Shown here: positions 43,615-52,329 of the stretch, piece by piece
How the letters are laid out: every line of letters starts with the position of its first letter
How positions within the stretch are numbered: position 1 is the first letter of the stretch
Source: a virus
Strand: one strand, 5' to 3'
Virus record (IMG/VR): IMGVR_UViG_3300038393_001317
DNA: 64,000 nt
Translations under genes and position numbers: made by a program
Notes under the pieces: generated by a model
Seen by the model: only the letters and a program-made list of their open reading frames with translations
Told to the model about the DNA's origin: nothing
Database searches by the model: none

Positions 43615-45368
43615 GGTTCGATGCGCAGCACCGGCAGGCCGAACGACTTCTGGAGGCTGGCCTTCTCGTCGTCGCTCGGGCCGGCGCCGCCCTCCTCGAG
43701 GTCCTGGTCGTCATCGCCGCCGGCGTCCTGGCCGCCAGGCTGACCGAAGTCCTCCTCGCCGCCGTCGCCGAAGTCCTGGCCGCCCATCGCAGACGGGTCG
43801 GACTGGCCGGGCATGCCGAAGTCCTGCTCCTGCGGCATGGCCTCTTGCTGCCAGGCGGCGACGAGCGCGGGATTGAGCGGGGCATCGCCCCAGGTTTCCT
43901 TGATCGGCTTGCGGCCGTCCTCGGCGCGCACCTCGTTGACCGTCATCGTCTGCTTCTTGCGGTCCCAGACGGTGGCCTCGTCCTCCTCGTCCAGGCCGGT
44001 CCACACGAACTCGGCGTCCTCGTTGAAGTCGGCGACGATGTAGTCGGTGAACAGGTTCTGGAAGTACGACAGCAGCGGGCGCAGGCCCTTGTCCTTCGAG
44101 CTGGCGATCTTCTCCTCGGTGTCGGAGCCCGACAGGCTCGAGGTGCCGTTGGTGAACGACTCGAAGTTGATTTCGTCCGGCGCCATGCCGTAGATCGCGC
44201 AGATGATCGACGCGAGAAACGTCATCCACTTGCCGAACATCAGCTCGGACGCCGGCTCGCCGAAACTCTCGAATTTCGCCGCGGACTCCTGGTCCTTCGA
44301 CACCATCACGGGCAGCGCATGGGCATTGTTGATGCCCTTGACCATGCCGTTCCAGTAGCGCTTGAACGCCTTAATGTCGTCGTCGCTGTAGGCGCCGAAC
44401 AGGTTCAGCACGCCGCGCGGCATCGCGTTCGAGTCGAAGAACTTGACGTTGTACGTGAACGCGTTGAGGAAGCCGGTCACCACGCGAATCAGCAGCTCGG
44501 TCTCGCCCATGCCGTAGCCGCCCGACAGCACGTCGGTGCGCGGGTTGCGCGGCACGTAGACCAGGTCGTCGTACGTGTACGCGCTGCGAATGTTCCCCTG
44601 CACGAGCTGGATAGCGAAAATCTCGTCGTCGCCACGGTAGCCCTGCTCGGTGCACAGGCGGATGGTCGCGCCGTCGACCGCGTAGATGCCGTCGATGCCC
44701 AGGCTGCGATCGCGCTTGAACTCGGTCTCGATCGGCGCGGCGTCCATGGTGAGCGAGTCGCGGACCAGCTTCGCCATGAACGTGCTCATGTCGTCGCGCT
44801 TCAAGCGCTGACGCATGCGCGGCTTGAACTCGAAGCCGCCGTGCGAGAAGAACTTCTCGAGGAGCTGCAGGGACTTGGTCTGGTCCTCGCCGAGCTCCGC
44901 CTTTTTGTCGCGCATGCTGACGCGGAAGCCCGGGCCCTTGCCGTCGGCCTGCGGCCGGCAAAAGCGCTGCACCTGGCGGATGCGCGTCATGATCACGGCG
45001 TTCAGGATGGGCGTCGACTCCACCATCTGGCGCATGGCGTCGAACGAGAACACGCCCTGGCGCTCGTAGTAGTCGCCCATCACGCCGATTTGCACGTCGT
45101 CCAGGTAGACCGACTGCATGCCGGGCTTGCGATCGCGCGCCGCGGCCGACGGGAGCTGGATGACGTTGTTCTTGCGCAACGCCTTGGTCATCGCCTGGTC
45201 CTCGTATCCGTCCTGGATGAACGTGAGGAGCGGCGCCAGGCGCTCGAGGTTGATCAATTCCGCGGAGACCTGGCCCATGGCCCCTTTTTGGAGCTGCGTC
45301 ATTGCGTCCTGACGCTCGTCGGCCGGTGCACGCGGGTCGTGGGCGACGCTGAGGGCGGAGTCCTTCAT
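43611..45368 (-). CDS. portal protein
   Basis: 585 aa at the head of the morphogenesis operon, with an acidic D/E/G-rich C-terminus. Size and position are typical. Box upstream. Confidence 0.75.
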   Translation of the reverse strand: MKDSALSVAHDPRAPADERQDAMTQLQKGAMGQVSAELINLERLAPLLTFIQDGYEDQAMTKALRKNNVIQLPSAAARDRKPGMQSVYLDDVQIGVMGDYYERQGVFSFDAMRQMVESTPILNAVIMTRIRQVQRFCRPQADGKGPGFRVSMRDKKAELGEDQTKSLQLLEKFFSHGGFEFKPRMRQRLKRDDMSTFMAKLVRDSLTMDAAPIETEFKRDRSLGIDGIYAVDGATIRLCTEQGYRGDDEIFAIQLVQGNIRSAYTYDDLVYVPRNPRTDVLSGGYGMGETELLIRVVTGFLNAFTYNVKFFDSNAMPRGVLNLFGAYSDDDIKAFKRYWNGMVKGINNAHALPVMVSKDQESAAKFESFGEPASELMFGKWMTFLASIICAIYGMAPDEINFESFTNGTSSLSGSDTEEKIASSKDKGLRPLLSYFQNLFTDYIVADFNEDAEFVWTGLDEEDEATVWDRKKQTMTVNEVRAEDGRKPIKETWGDAPLNPALVAAWQQEAMPQEQDFGMPGQSDPSAMGGQDFGDGGEEDFGQPGGQDAGGDDDQDLEEGGAGPSDDEKASLQKSFGLPVLRIEP

Positions 45369-45374
45369 GACCGC

Positions 45375-45390
45375 AGGGTAGTGTCACGAC
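45375..45390 (-). promoter_or_regulatory. GTCGTGAC-AC-TACCCT box, 6 nt before ATG 45368
   Basis: - strand GTCGTGACACTACCCTGCGGTCATG. Confidence 0.55.
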
Positions 45391-45411
45391 AACGCCGGGC
45401 GGAAATGGGGC

Positions 45412-45441
45412 TTGCGCTTTTTTGATCAAGCCACCCATAAT
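45412..45441 (+). promoter_or_regulatory. sigma70-like promoter candidate TTGCGC-N18-CATAAT for + strand block
   Basis: gcTTGCGCttttttgatcaagccaccCATAATtgaggaacc; contains the TTTTTGATCAAG box. Confidence 0.3.
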
Positions 45442-45459
45442 TGAGGAACCATCAACCCC

Positions 45460-45717
45460 ATGGAGGCGAATTTGCCCACCCCGAACCAGGCCGCACCCCA
45501 GGCCCACACCAAGACCAACGACACCTGCCTGCCGAAGTGCGGCGACGACGAGCCGATTTTCGTGCTGCGCGCGCAGGACGCCAGCGCCGACGCCGTCGTG
45601 CAAAAGTGGATTGAGCTCAACGTCGACACCCTCGGCTACGAGCACCCGAAAATCCTCGCGGCGATCGCCACGCGCGACGCCATGGCGGCCTGGCCCTCGC
45701 GCAAGACGGCGGACTGA
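45460..45717 (+). CDS. hypothetical protein (85 aa)
   Basis: First gene of the + block, GAGGAA upstream, ..EPIFVLRAQDASADAVVQKWIELN.. Confidence 0.7.
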   Translation: MEANLPTPNQAAPQAHTKTNDTCLPKCGDDEPIFVLRAQDASADAVVQKWIELNVDTLGYEHPKILAAIATRDAMAAWPSRKTAD

Positions 45718-45719
45718 GC

Positions 45720-46073
45720 ATGCCAATCCTCGACCACAGCCCCAGCCGGTACCGCGAACTCTCCGAGCCGGTGCCGCGCGGCGTCATTGACGACCGCCTC
45801 CAGGCGTTTTTCAAGGAGCTCCAGGAGCTCCGCATCAAGCACAAGATCGCCGACGTGCACGTGATCGTGCGCGCCGACGTGATCGTGCAGGACGACCTGC
45901 TCGCCGAGGCGGAAGTCGCGCCCGTGATGACCAGCGGCCACCTGGGCGACTCGCGCCTGGCGGAGCCGATGACCGCCTGGGCGTTCGGCCGCGCGAGCGC
46001 CGAGCGCATGCAGGAAATCGACAACGTGAAGGCGAACGGCATCCGCGCCGGCCGCCGTGACCGGGAGCGCTGA
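45720..46073 (+). CDS. hypothetical protein (117 aa)
   Basis: Starts 3 nt after the previous stop; normal composition. Confidence 0.7.
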   Translation: MPILDHSPSRYRELSEPVPRGVIDDRLQAFFKELQELRIKHKIADVHVIVRADVIVQDDLLAEAEVAPVMTSGHLGDSRLAEPMTAWAFGRASAERMQEIDNVKANGIRAGRRDRER

Positions 46074-46074
46074 C

Positions 46075-47583
46075 ATGCCGATCGAACGAGCGCCCGACGA
46101 CAAGGGCCCCGACTACGTCCTGCTCCAGGTCGCCAACGTCAAGCGCATGGACGTGCGCATGCAGGCCGACGAGCTGATAACCCAGCTCACGCCGTACCTC
46201 ATCTCGCGCGACTGGGCGCCGCCTGGGCGGCTCGAGCGCGAGGAGCGGCGGGCCGACGCCGCGATCGCGACCCTCGAGCGCGCCGGCTATACCTACCACG
46301 GCGCCGAGCTCTGGAAGCCGCCGCTGGGCAAGGCGCCGACGTTCGCGCACGAGAAGGGCTGGCACCTGGGCGTGCAGAACGACGCCCTCTACATCATCGA
46401 GGGCGAGCCGCCGGCGGCTTCCGGTAACGACTACCCGAACCACGAGGCCGATCGCCGCGCCGTCGCGCGCGTCCTGGACGAACAGCTCGCCGGCCGCATT
46501 GTGTCGGACGCGAACGTGGGCAAGCGCTACTGGAGCCAGGTATTCAAGACTGACGGCGCCGCGGCCCAGGCCGCCATGCGCCAGCTCCACGAGCGGGGCT
46601 TTCGCTTCGACATGGCCGGCGGAGAATGGAAGCGACCGGGCAGCGGCGTGCACGTCGGCGATACGCGCTTCGAGGGCTGGCTTTCCGAATACGAAGTCGG
46701 CGACAGCGGCGTCGTGCGCTACACGAAGCAGAACATGCGCGACGCCTACGCCGCCGGCCATGAGGAGGGTTGGGGCGAGGGTCGAGCCGACCTGTCGAAG
46801 GTCAAGAACGCGATCGACCCGCGCGACGCGCGCTGCGAATCCGACGCCCGCGGCATCCTTGCGGACGTGCTCAACCCGACCAGGTCGGAGCCGGTCGAGC
46901 GCTACATGGACGGCCTGGCGATGGCCGCCCGCGCGATCGACGCGCCGATCGAGGCCGACAAGCTGGCGGAAATCGCCGCGCAGCTCCGCGCGTTCCACGC
47001 CTGGCTGGTGCGCAACGGCTTAGAGAACGACACGCTCGAGGGCGGCGGCGCCAGCCCGCCGGCGGGCGACAGCGAGGGCGAGTCCTGGGCCCGCGAAGCG
47101 CTCGCCGCGCGCGAGTCGGAGTGGAATGCCTGGCGCTTCACCGAGCAGGTCATGGCGCACCTGCGCACGCTCGGCCTGCGGCGCAGCGAGGACAAGCTGT
47201 TCGTCACCATCAAGGTACCCGAAGGCCACACCGTCAGCATCCCGATCGCAGTCGACCCGTGGGAGCCGCAGTGCTTCCCGCTGACGACGTGGATGATGCA
47301 GAAGCAGGAGCTCCTGCACTCGATCGGGCCGCGCCAACGCCAGGGCGACGAGCCGCACCAGACCGGCGTCTGGTACCGCTTCGACGGCGAGGACTATCCG
47401 GTGTTCTGTGAAACGCCCAGGTGCCCGGTCACGGGCGGCACCAAGGTGACGGTGCGCTTCCGCGACGGCGAGGAGCTGACGACCGACAAGCCGGAGCAGA
47501 TGCGCTGGGCCTGGTCGCGGCCGTACAAGTCGTGCGCCGACATTGTCGCGTACCGGCTCGAGGACGACGAACTTCCGTTTTGA
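46075..47583 (+). CDS. hypothetical protein (502 aa), no recognisable domain
   Basis: I prefer ATG 46075 (just after the upstream stop) to the overlapping track start 46057. Confidence 0.75.
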   Translation: MPIERAPDDKGPDYVLLQVANVKRMDVRMQADELITQLTPYLISRDWAPPGRLEREERRADAAIATLERAGYTYHGAELWKPPLGKAPTFAHEKGWHLGVQNDALYIIEGEPPAASGNDYPNHEADRRAVARVLDEQLAGRIVSDANVGKRYWSQVFKTDGAAAQAAMRQLHERGFRFDMAGGEWKRPGSGVHVGDTRFEGWLSEYEVGDSGVVRYTKQNMRDAYAAGHEEGWGEGRADLSKVKNAIDPRDARCESDARGILADVLNPTRSEPVERYMDGLAMAARAIDAPIEADKLAEIAAQLRAFHAWLVRNGLENDTLEGGGASPPAGDSEGESWAREALAARESEWNAWRFTEQVMAHLRTLGLRRSEDKLFVTIKVPEGHTVSIPIAVDPWEPQCFPLTTWMMQKQELLHSIGPRQRQGDEPHQTGVWYRFDGEDYPVFCETPRCPVTGGTKVTVRFRDGEELTTDKPEQMRWAWSRPYKSCADIVAYRLEDDELPF

Positions 47584-47590
47584 GGGAACC

Positions 47591-48055
47591 ATGGGAACCG
47601 CACGAATCCAGTCACCTATCCCCGAGCTCGCCGCGCTGCGCATCTTCCCGATGCCGTCGAAGCCGCTCAAGAACGCGCGCCTCCTGCGCGTGCCGCCGGC
47701 CGGCGTTATCGTCGCCGTCGACGCCGCCGGAAACGCCTACAGCACCCAGGTGCAGGGCACCAGCAAGACCTACTACGACCTGGAGGCCGGCCGCATCCGG
47801 TTCACCATGGAGGGCCTGGCGAAGCTGGGCGTCGTCGCCGCGAAGGCGCTGAAAGCGCATCGCGCGCTTGTCGAGGCCGAGACCGTGCGGGATGCCAAGC
47901 GCGCCGCGGCACGCGAGGTGATCGGCGACATGAAGAAGCTGGGCATGAAGCCGACGAGGGCGCAGTGCATCAAGATCGAGCTCGCGCTCGGCGGCGGGCC
48001 GCGGGCCCGGGCGATCATCGCGGACGCGCTCGGCGCGGACGCCTTGCCGGCATGA
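47591..48055 (+). CDS. hypothetical protein (154 aa)
   Basis: Start trimmed to ATG 47591, preceded by GAGGGA. Confidence 0.7.
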   Translation: MGTARIQSPIPELAALRIFPMPSKPLKNARLLRVPPAGVIVAVDAAGNAYSTQVQGTSKTYYDLEAGRIRFTMEGLAKLGVVAAKALKAHRALVEAETVRDAKRAAAREVIGDMKKLGMKPTRAQCIKIELALGGGPRARAIIADALGADALPA

Positions 48056-48240
48056 GCGGCGACGCCAGCGGGCCGGGCGACTGGCCCCAGATGATCAAGG
48101 ACTGCCAGCAGCGCGAGTCGAAGCTGTCGGACTGGGAGCGCACGTTCATTGACAGCGTCGAGGACCGACTCGCCAAGGGGCAGGGCCTCACGCCGAACCA
48201 GGTCGCGCGCCTGGACGAAATCTGGGAGAAAGTGACGTGA
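48052..48240 (+). CDS. hypothetical protein (62 aa)
   Basis: ATGA overlap with the upstream stop; the track N-terminus is Arg-rich shadow. Confidence 0.6.
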   Translation: MSGDASGPGDWPQMIKDCQQRESKLSDWERTFIDSVEDRLAKGQGLTPNQVARLDEIWEKVT

Positions 48241-48638
48241 GCATTTTCACCAGGCGGGCCCGTGAGCGCGCGCTCCAGGCGCCGCGCCGGCGCCACAAGT
48301 ACGAGCTCGTGCAGGTCGAGCACCAGGACAACGGCCAGGCGCTGCGCATCACGCTCCAGGACACGCGCACCATCCCGCTCAGCGCGTACCCCGCGGAGGC
48401 GGTCATCCAGCGCGTGAAGGACCTGGGCTACGCCGTCGACGGCGTCCGCAAGGAGCCGGTCGTCATCGTCCAGAAGGTCTACATGGACGGCAGCGACGAG
48501 CAGCCGGGCGACGAGCTGTGCGTCATCGACGCCGAAACCCTCGAGCGCGCCGGCCGCCTGGCGCTATGCGGGCAGCGCGCGGCCGCGCACGAATTGATCA
48601 TCGACGCAGTTGTCAAATCCACAGGAGCCAGGCTATGA
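48237..48638 (+). CDS. hypothetical protein (133 aa)
   Basis: GTGA overlap (GTG start). Confidence 0.65.
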   Translation: MSIFTRRARERALQAPRRRHKYELVQVEHQDNGQALRITLQDTRTIPLSAYPAEAVIQRVKDLGYAVDGVRKEPVVIVQKVYMDGSDEQPGDELCVIDAETLERAGRLALCGQRAAAHELIIDAVVKSTGARL

Positions 48639-48835
48639 GAAAGCTGACTATCGCCGTCGCCGTCGTGGGCGTGCTCATCGCGATCGCCGACGCGCTATTC
48701 CGGCTGACGCACGACTACCGGGTTGGCTTCGAGCAGGCGCTCGAGTTTTTGCTCGTCGCCTTGATTCTGGCCGTCGCCCAGCTCTGGCCGCCTGAGCGCG
48801 GCCAGCAGCCGGAGCGGCCGTTCCCGCTGCGTTAG
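48635..48835 (+). CDS. small membrane protein (66 aa, two hydrophobic helices)
   Basis: ATGA overlap; LTIAVAVVGVLIAIADALF and FLLVALILAVAQLW. Confidence 0.6.
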   Translation: MRKLTIAVAVVGVLIAIADALFRLTHDYRVGFEQALEFLLVALILAVAQLWPPERGQQPERPFPLR

Positions 48836-49062
48836 ACGCGGGACTCGAGGTCGGTGACCTTGAGCGTGCCGCCGGTCACGCCGACGTTCGCGACGTAGTT
48901 CGTGTCCGTCACGCCGGCGTCGGCGTCGAGCTTGGCGAGCAGCGCGTTGTACTTGGTCGCCAGGGCGTTGTGCGCGGCGATCAGGTCGGCCAGCACGTCG
49001 CCGACCTTCTCCTTGCTGATCTTGTTGATGCGCGCCTGCTTCTTGGGGGTCGGTGCAACCAT
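48832..49062 (-). CDS. 76-aa protein, apparently monocistronic unit
   Basis: GGAGAG SD. Box plus terminator upstream. Stop shares the tetranucleotide TTAG with the convergent + gene. Confidence 0.65.
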   Translation of the reverse strand: MVAPTPKKQARINKISKEKVGDVLADLIAAHNALATKYNALLAKLDADAGVTDTNYVANVGVTGGTLKVTDLESRV

Positions 49063-49098
49063 GGGATTCTCTCCGGTGTCGTTCGAACGAAGGCCCCC

Positions 49099-49114
49099 AT
49101 GGTGCGGTCACGAC
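49099..49114 (-). promoter_or_regulatory. GTCGTGAC-CG-CACCAT box directly after terminator
   Basis: - strand CCGGCCTTTTTGTTTGGTCGTGACCGCACCATGG. Confidence 0.5.
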
Positions 49115-49143
49115 CAAACAAAAAGGCCGGGTCTCCCCGGCCT
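49115..49143 (-). terminator. intrinsic terminator
   Basis: - strand AGGCCGGG-GAGA-CCCGGCCT followed by TTTTGTTTG. Confidence 0.65.
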
Positions 49144-49166
49144 TTCGCGTTGAGCTCGAGCTCGTG

Positions 49167-49490
49167 TCAGGTGCTCGCGCAGCTCACCCAGGAACCGGGC
49201 GCGCGGTAGTGGTCGGCCTTGCGATCGGCGCGCCAGGCGCGGTACGTGGTCTTGACGGCGTCGGCCAGGCGCTGCAGGTGCACGGCGAACACGCCGCCGG
49301 GCGCGAACATGCTCAGGGCCTTGTCGATCGCCTGGCTGACCTTGAGGCAGGCCGATTCCCAGAGCTCGCGGCCGCGGTAGACGGCGCGCTCCCAGGCGGC
49401 CGTCACGCGGTCGTAGACCGGGTCCAGCCAGGACAGGGCGAAGATGATGGCGCCGGCGAGGGCGGCCCAGATGCTGCGGTGTGCTTTCAC
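49167..49490 (-). CDS. small membrane-associated protein (107 aa)
   Basis: I prefer GTG 49490 with AAGGAG 6 nt upstream. The track start 49583 would read through the 49555-49570 box. Contains IWAALAGAIIFALSWL. Confidence 0.55.
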   Translation of the reverse strand: MKAHRSIWAALAGAIIFALSWLDPVYDRVTAAWERAVYRGRELWESACLKVSQAIDKALSMFAPGGVFAVHLQRLADAVKTTYRAWRADRKADHYRAPGSWVSCAST

Positions 49491-49554
49491 GATGAGCTCC
49501 TTGGAGGTTGACGGGTTCTCGAGGACGTAAATCGCACGTCGGGCGAGAACCCTC

Positions 49555-49570
49555 ATCGTGTTGTCACGAC
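49555..49570 (-). promoter_or_regulatory. GTCGTGAC-AA-CACGAT box, overlaps TGA of upstream gene
   Basis: - strand GTCGTGACAACACGATGAGG. Confidence 0.45.
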
Positions 49571-49836
49571 ATGCGCGGCGCACGCCGCGGCGCGGGAGCC
49601 GACGCGCAGGGCTCGTGGTCGAACTTCACCGACCACGAGCCTGCCGCCGGGGCGGTCAGGGCCATGCCGACCGCCTTGCCGTCCACGCAGTAGAAGGCGA
49701 TCGCGGGCTTGTTGTCGTCCGAGCGGGGGGTCTCGGTCGACGCCGCATGCGCCTGCGGGAAGGCGGCCGCGCCCAGGACGACGCACGTCAGGGACCAGAG
49801 CCCCACCAGTGCGACGACCAGGGCGCGGTTGATCAC
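49564..49836 (-). CDS. secreted small protein (90 aa) with signal peptide
   Basis: MINRALVVALVGLWSLTCVVLGAAAFPQAHA/AS, with two further Cys. ATGA overlap with the upstream gene. Confidence 0.65.
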   Translation of the reverse strand: MINRALVVALVGLWSLTCVVLGAAAFPQAHAASTETPRSDDNKPAIAFYCVDGKAVGMALTAPAAGSWSVKFDHEPCASAPAPRRAPRMS

Positions 49837-50165
49837 AGCTCGCCTTGGACGCTGGCGACCCAGTCGACGTTCGGGTCCGTGAAGTACGCCGAAGCGCTCG
49901 AGCTCGCGCTCGTGATGGTCACGTCGTCGGGCTTCTGCTCGTCGTACGAGCCGGTCCAGCCCAGCGAGCCGTTCATGGCGACGATCACGACCTTGCCGTC
50001 AGGCACGGCGCCCAGGCAATTCGCGATGTTGGCGGCGTTCGCCAGCGCGGCGTCGCGATCGCGCTTGTGGATGGACTGCGTCTCGGCCATCTTGTCGAAC
50101 GCGGCGGCGGCGTTCGCGAGGGCCTTTGCGATGGTGCCGCCCTTGACGGTGAACGAGTAGGACAT
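49833..50165 (-). CDS. hypothetical protein (110 aa)
   Basis: I prefer ATG 50165, preceded by GGAGAG, over the GTG at 50177. Confidence 0.65.
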   Translation of the reverse strand: MSYSFTVKGGTIAKALANAAAAFDKMAETQSIHKRDRDAALANAANIANCLGAVPDGKVVIVAMNGSLGWTGSYDEQKPDDVTITSASSSASAYFTDPNVDWVASVQGEL

Positions 50166-50191
50166 GGGGCTCTCCACAGGTGGAAAACCTC

Positions 50192-50207
50192 ATCGTGCGG
50201 TCACGAC
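50192..50207 (-). promoter_or_regulatory. GTCGTGAC-CG-CACGAT box
   Basis: - strand GTCGTGACCGCACGATGAGG, 34 nt before ATG 50165. Confidence 0.45.
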
Positions 50208-50208
50208 C

Positions 50209-52329
50209 TCACTTCGCCATGAACAACACGCACGCTACCTGGTCAGGCTTGATCATGAAGTGGCGCTCCGCGCACCGGCCGGTCCAGACGCCCTCCTCGT
50301 CGTAGCCGGCGGCGCACTGGCCGCAGGTGTCGCCCAGGCCCTGCGACTGCGCCTCCACCATCTGCGCGACGGTCTCGGGCATGCCGGCGCGGCGGAGTTG
50401 ATCGGCTGGTTCCATTGAGACGACCTCCGCCTCGGGGATGAGGAATGTCGCGGTGCCGTGCGAGCGGGCCCAGGCCACGTCGCACAGCATGTTCGCGTAG
50501 GAAAAGTGAGGGTCGATGCCGATTTTCTTGACGGACCGCTTGAACTGGTTCGTCTCCTCGTCCTTCTCGGCGACCAGCGCGGTTTTCGTGAAATGCGTGA
50601 ACGCGATCGGCAGCACGGCCGCGGTCTGGGCGATGCCCTTTTCCTTGACCTCCTGGACCAGGCCCTGCGGGTCCGGGAACACGCACAGCGGCTCCTTCGC
50701 GGTGAACCGCGCCATGGAGACCTGCATGCACTTGTACTGGTCCATCTTGAGGGTGTAGCGATCGCGCTCGGCCTCGTCGGTGCGGCGCTCGCTCACGTCC
50801 AGCTTGGGCGCGTCGCCCCAGGCGATCATGCCCTCCGCCATCCGGCCGAAGCTGTCGCAGATGAACACGCGGCCGCGGTGCCGGTTCGCGAAGCGCTTCG
50901 CGTCGTTGTAGTTCGGGTTGATTTCCACCACGCACACGGCAACGCCGAAGGCTTCCATGAGCTCGTCGCAGCGCGCGAACGGGTCGGCGCTGTAGATCAT
51001 CTCGACGTGCACCGTCGCCTGGCGGCCGTCGGGCAGGCGCTCCTTGATCACCACGACGTTGAAGTTGCCCATCTGGTCGATGCCCATGTAGCAACCCTTG
51101 CCGCGGGTTTTCCACCGCACGCCCAGGGCCTTGCCGGCCTCGACGCAGCGCGCCAGGTGCTCGAGCGTCACCGGGACCTGGCTCGGGTCCAGGTACGGCT
51201 TGCCCAGCTTGCGGTTGAAGAAGTTTTTCATGTCGGTCGCCGTGTTGTAGGCCGACAGAATTTCCTCGGGGCTGATGGTGGGCGAAAGGAACTGCGGGAA
51301 GTGCACGCTGCGGATGCGCAGCTTGCGGTCCTTGAGCGGCACGTCGAGCTGCGGGCCCGGGTCGCGCTCCGGGTGCTCGGCTATCCATTCGCCGTCCTGG
51401 CTGTCGTCAATCCAGTGGCCGTTCGGGCACACGTAGCGGTAGGTGTCGCGCTCCTTGTCCAGGCGGATGCACTCGGGGAAATAGTCATCGAGCGGCTTGC
51501 TCGAGCCGCACGTGCGGCACCGCGTATGGAAGCGAAACCTGGTGCCGCGCTTGTACCAGTGGTCAATGTCGGCGTCCGGCCAGTTGGCCGTCGAGCCCAT
51601 TTGCAGCGTGCGCAGCGGCGACGCCGACAGGCGCTCGATCGTCTTTTCAATCTGGTCCAGGGTCATCTCCTGGACCTCATCGAACGACAGCACGTCCATC
51701 GGGATGGACTCGGTCGTCGCGCGGCCGCTGGTCCACGAGAAGATGAACAGCGCCGAGTCGATGCGCCGGCGGTTGACGTTGCCCTCGCCCTGCTTGCGGC
51801 CGGAGCCGTCGGCGGCGTCTTGCGTCATGAGCGCGTGCACCTCGGGCACGCTGCGCACCACGGGCATGAAGCGCTCGGTCGACTTGACGCCGGCCAGGTT
51901 CATGTCCGGCAGGAACATGCCGATCGTGCACTGTCCGAGCTGGCGGCCGAACTTGAGGCCCAGGTAGATCGTCGCCAGCATCTCCATGACCGTGAACCCG
52001 ACCTGGGCGCACTTCATGATCACGAGCATGTAGCGGTACGCCTCGTCAATCGAGCTGGGCACCTGGTCGTAGACCCAGGCCATGGCCGGCCGGTCGTCCA
52101 GGCGGAAGGGTTTGCCGTCGACCTTGAGGCCCTTCGCGCCCAGGTCCTCGCACCACTGGCGGAACGTCACCTCCGGCGCGATCACCAGCGTCTCGCGGTT
52201 CTCGCCGGTCGCGACTTCGATCGCGGCCATGGTCTCCTCGAGGCCGGAGGTCATGAACGCCAGCAGGTCGGGCTTGCGCGGCGGCGGGTTGCCGCGGCCG
52301 CCGCCGTGCGGCTTGTAGCTTCCGCTCAT
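50209..52329 (-). CDS. terL: terminase large subunit (lambda GpA-like)
   Basis: 706 aa. MKCAQVGFT resembles the GpA-family KSAQ(V/I)G(F/Y)(T/S) P-loop-like motif. Also VLSFDEVQE and Cys clusters CRTCG...CPNGH. Overlaps terS (52326/52329). Confidence 0.75.
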   Translation of the reverse strand: MSGSYKPHGGGRGNPPPRKPDLLAFMTSGLEETMAAIEVATGENRETLVIAPEVTFRQWCEDLGAKGLKVDGKPFRLDDRPAMAWVYDQVPSSIDEAYRYMLVIMKCAQVGFTVMEMLATIYLGLKFGRQLGQCTIGMFLPDMNLAGVKSTERFMPVVRSVPEVHALMTQDAADGSGRKQGEGNVNRRRIDSALFIFSWTSGRATTESIPMDVLSFDEVQEMTLDQIEKTIERLSASPLRTLQMGSTANWPDADIDHWYKRGTRFRFHTRCRTCGSSKPLDDYFPECIRLDKERDTYRYVCPNGHWIDDSQDGEWIAEHPERDPGPQLDVPLKDRKLRIRSVHFPQFLSPTISPEEILSAYNTATDMKNFFNRKLGKPYLDPSQVPVTLEHLARCVEAGKALGVRWKTRGKGCYMGIDQMGNFNVVVIKERLPDGRQATVHVEMIYSADPFARCDELMEAFGVAVCVVEINPNYNDAKRFANRHRGRVFICDSFGRMAEGMIAWGDAPKLDVSERRTDEAERDRYTLKMDQYKCMQVSMARFTAKEPLCVFPDPQGLVQEVKEKGIAQTAAVLPIAFTHFTKTALVAEKDEETNQFKRSVKKIGIDPHFSYANMLCDVAWARSHGTATFLIPEAEVVSMEPADQLRRAGMPETVAQMVEAQSQGLGDTCGQCAAGYDEEGVWTGRCAERHFMIKPDQVACVLFMAK

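Noticed and set aside
49167-49583. Start of the 138-aa ORF at 49583 (and the ATG at 49556)
   Set aside because: Both lie within or upstream of the GTCGTGAC-AA-CACGAT box (the ATG is part of the -10-like hexamer). GTG 49490 has AAGGAG at ideal spacing.
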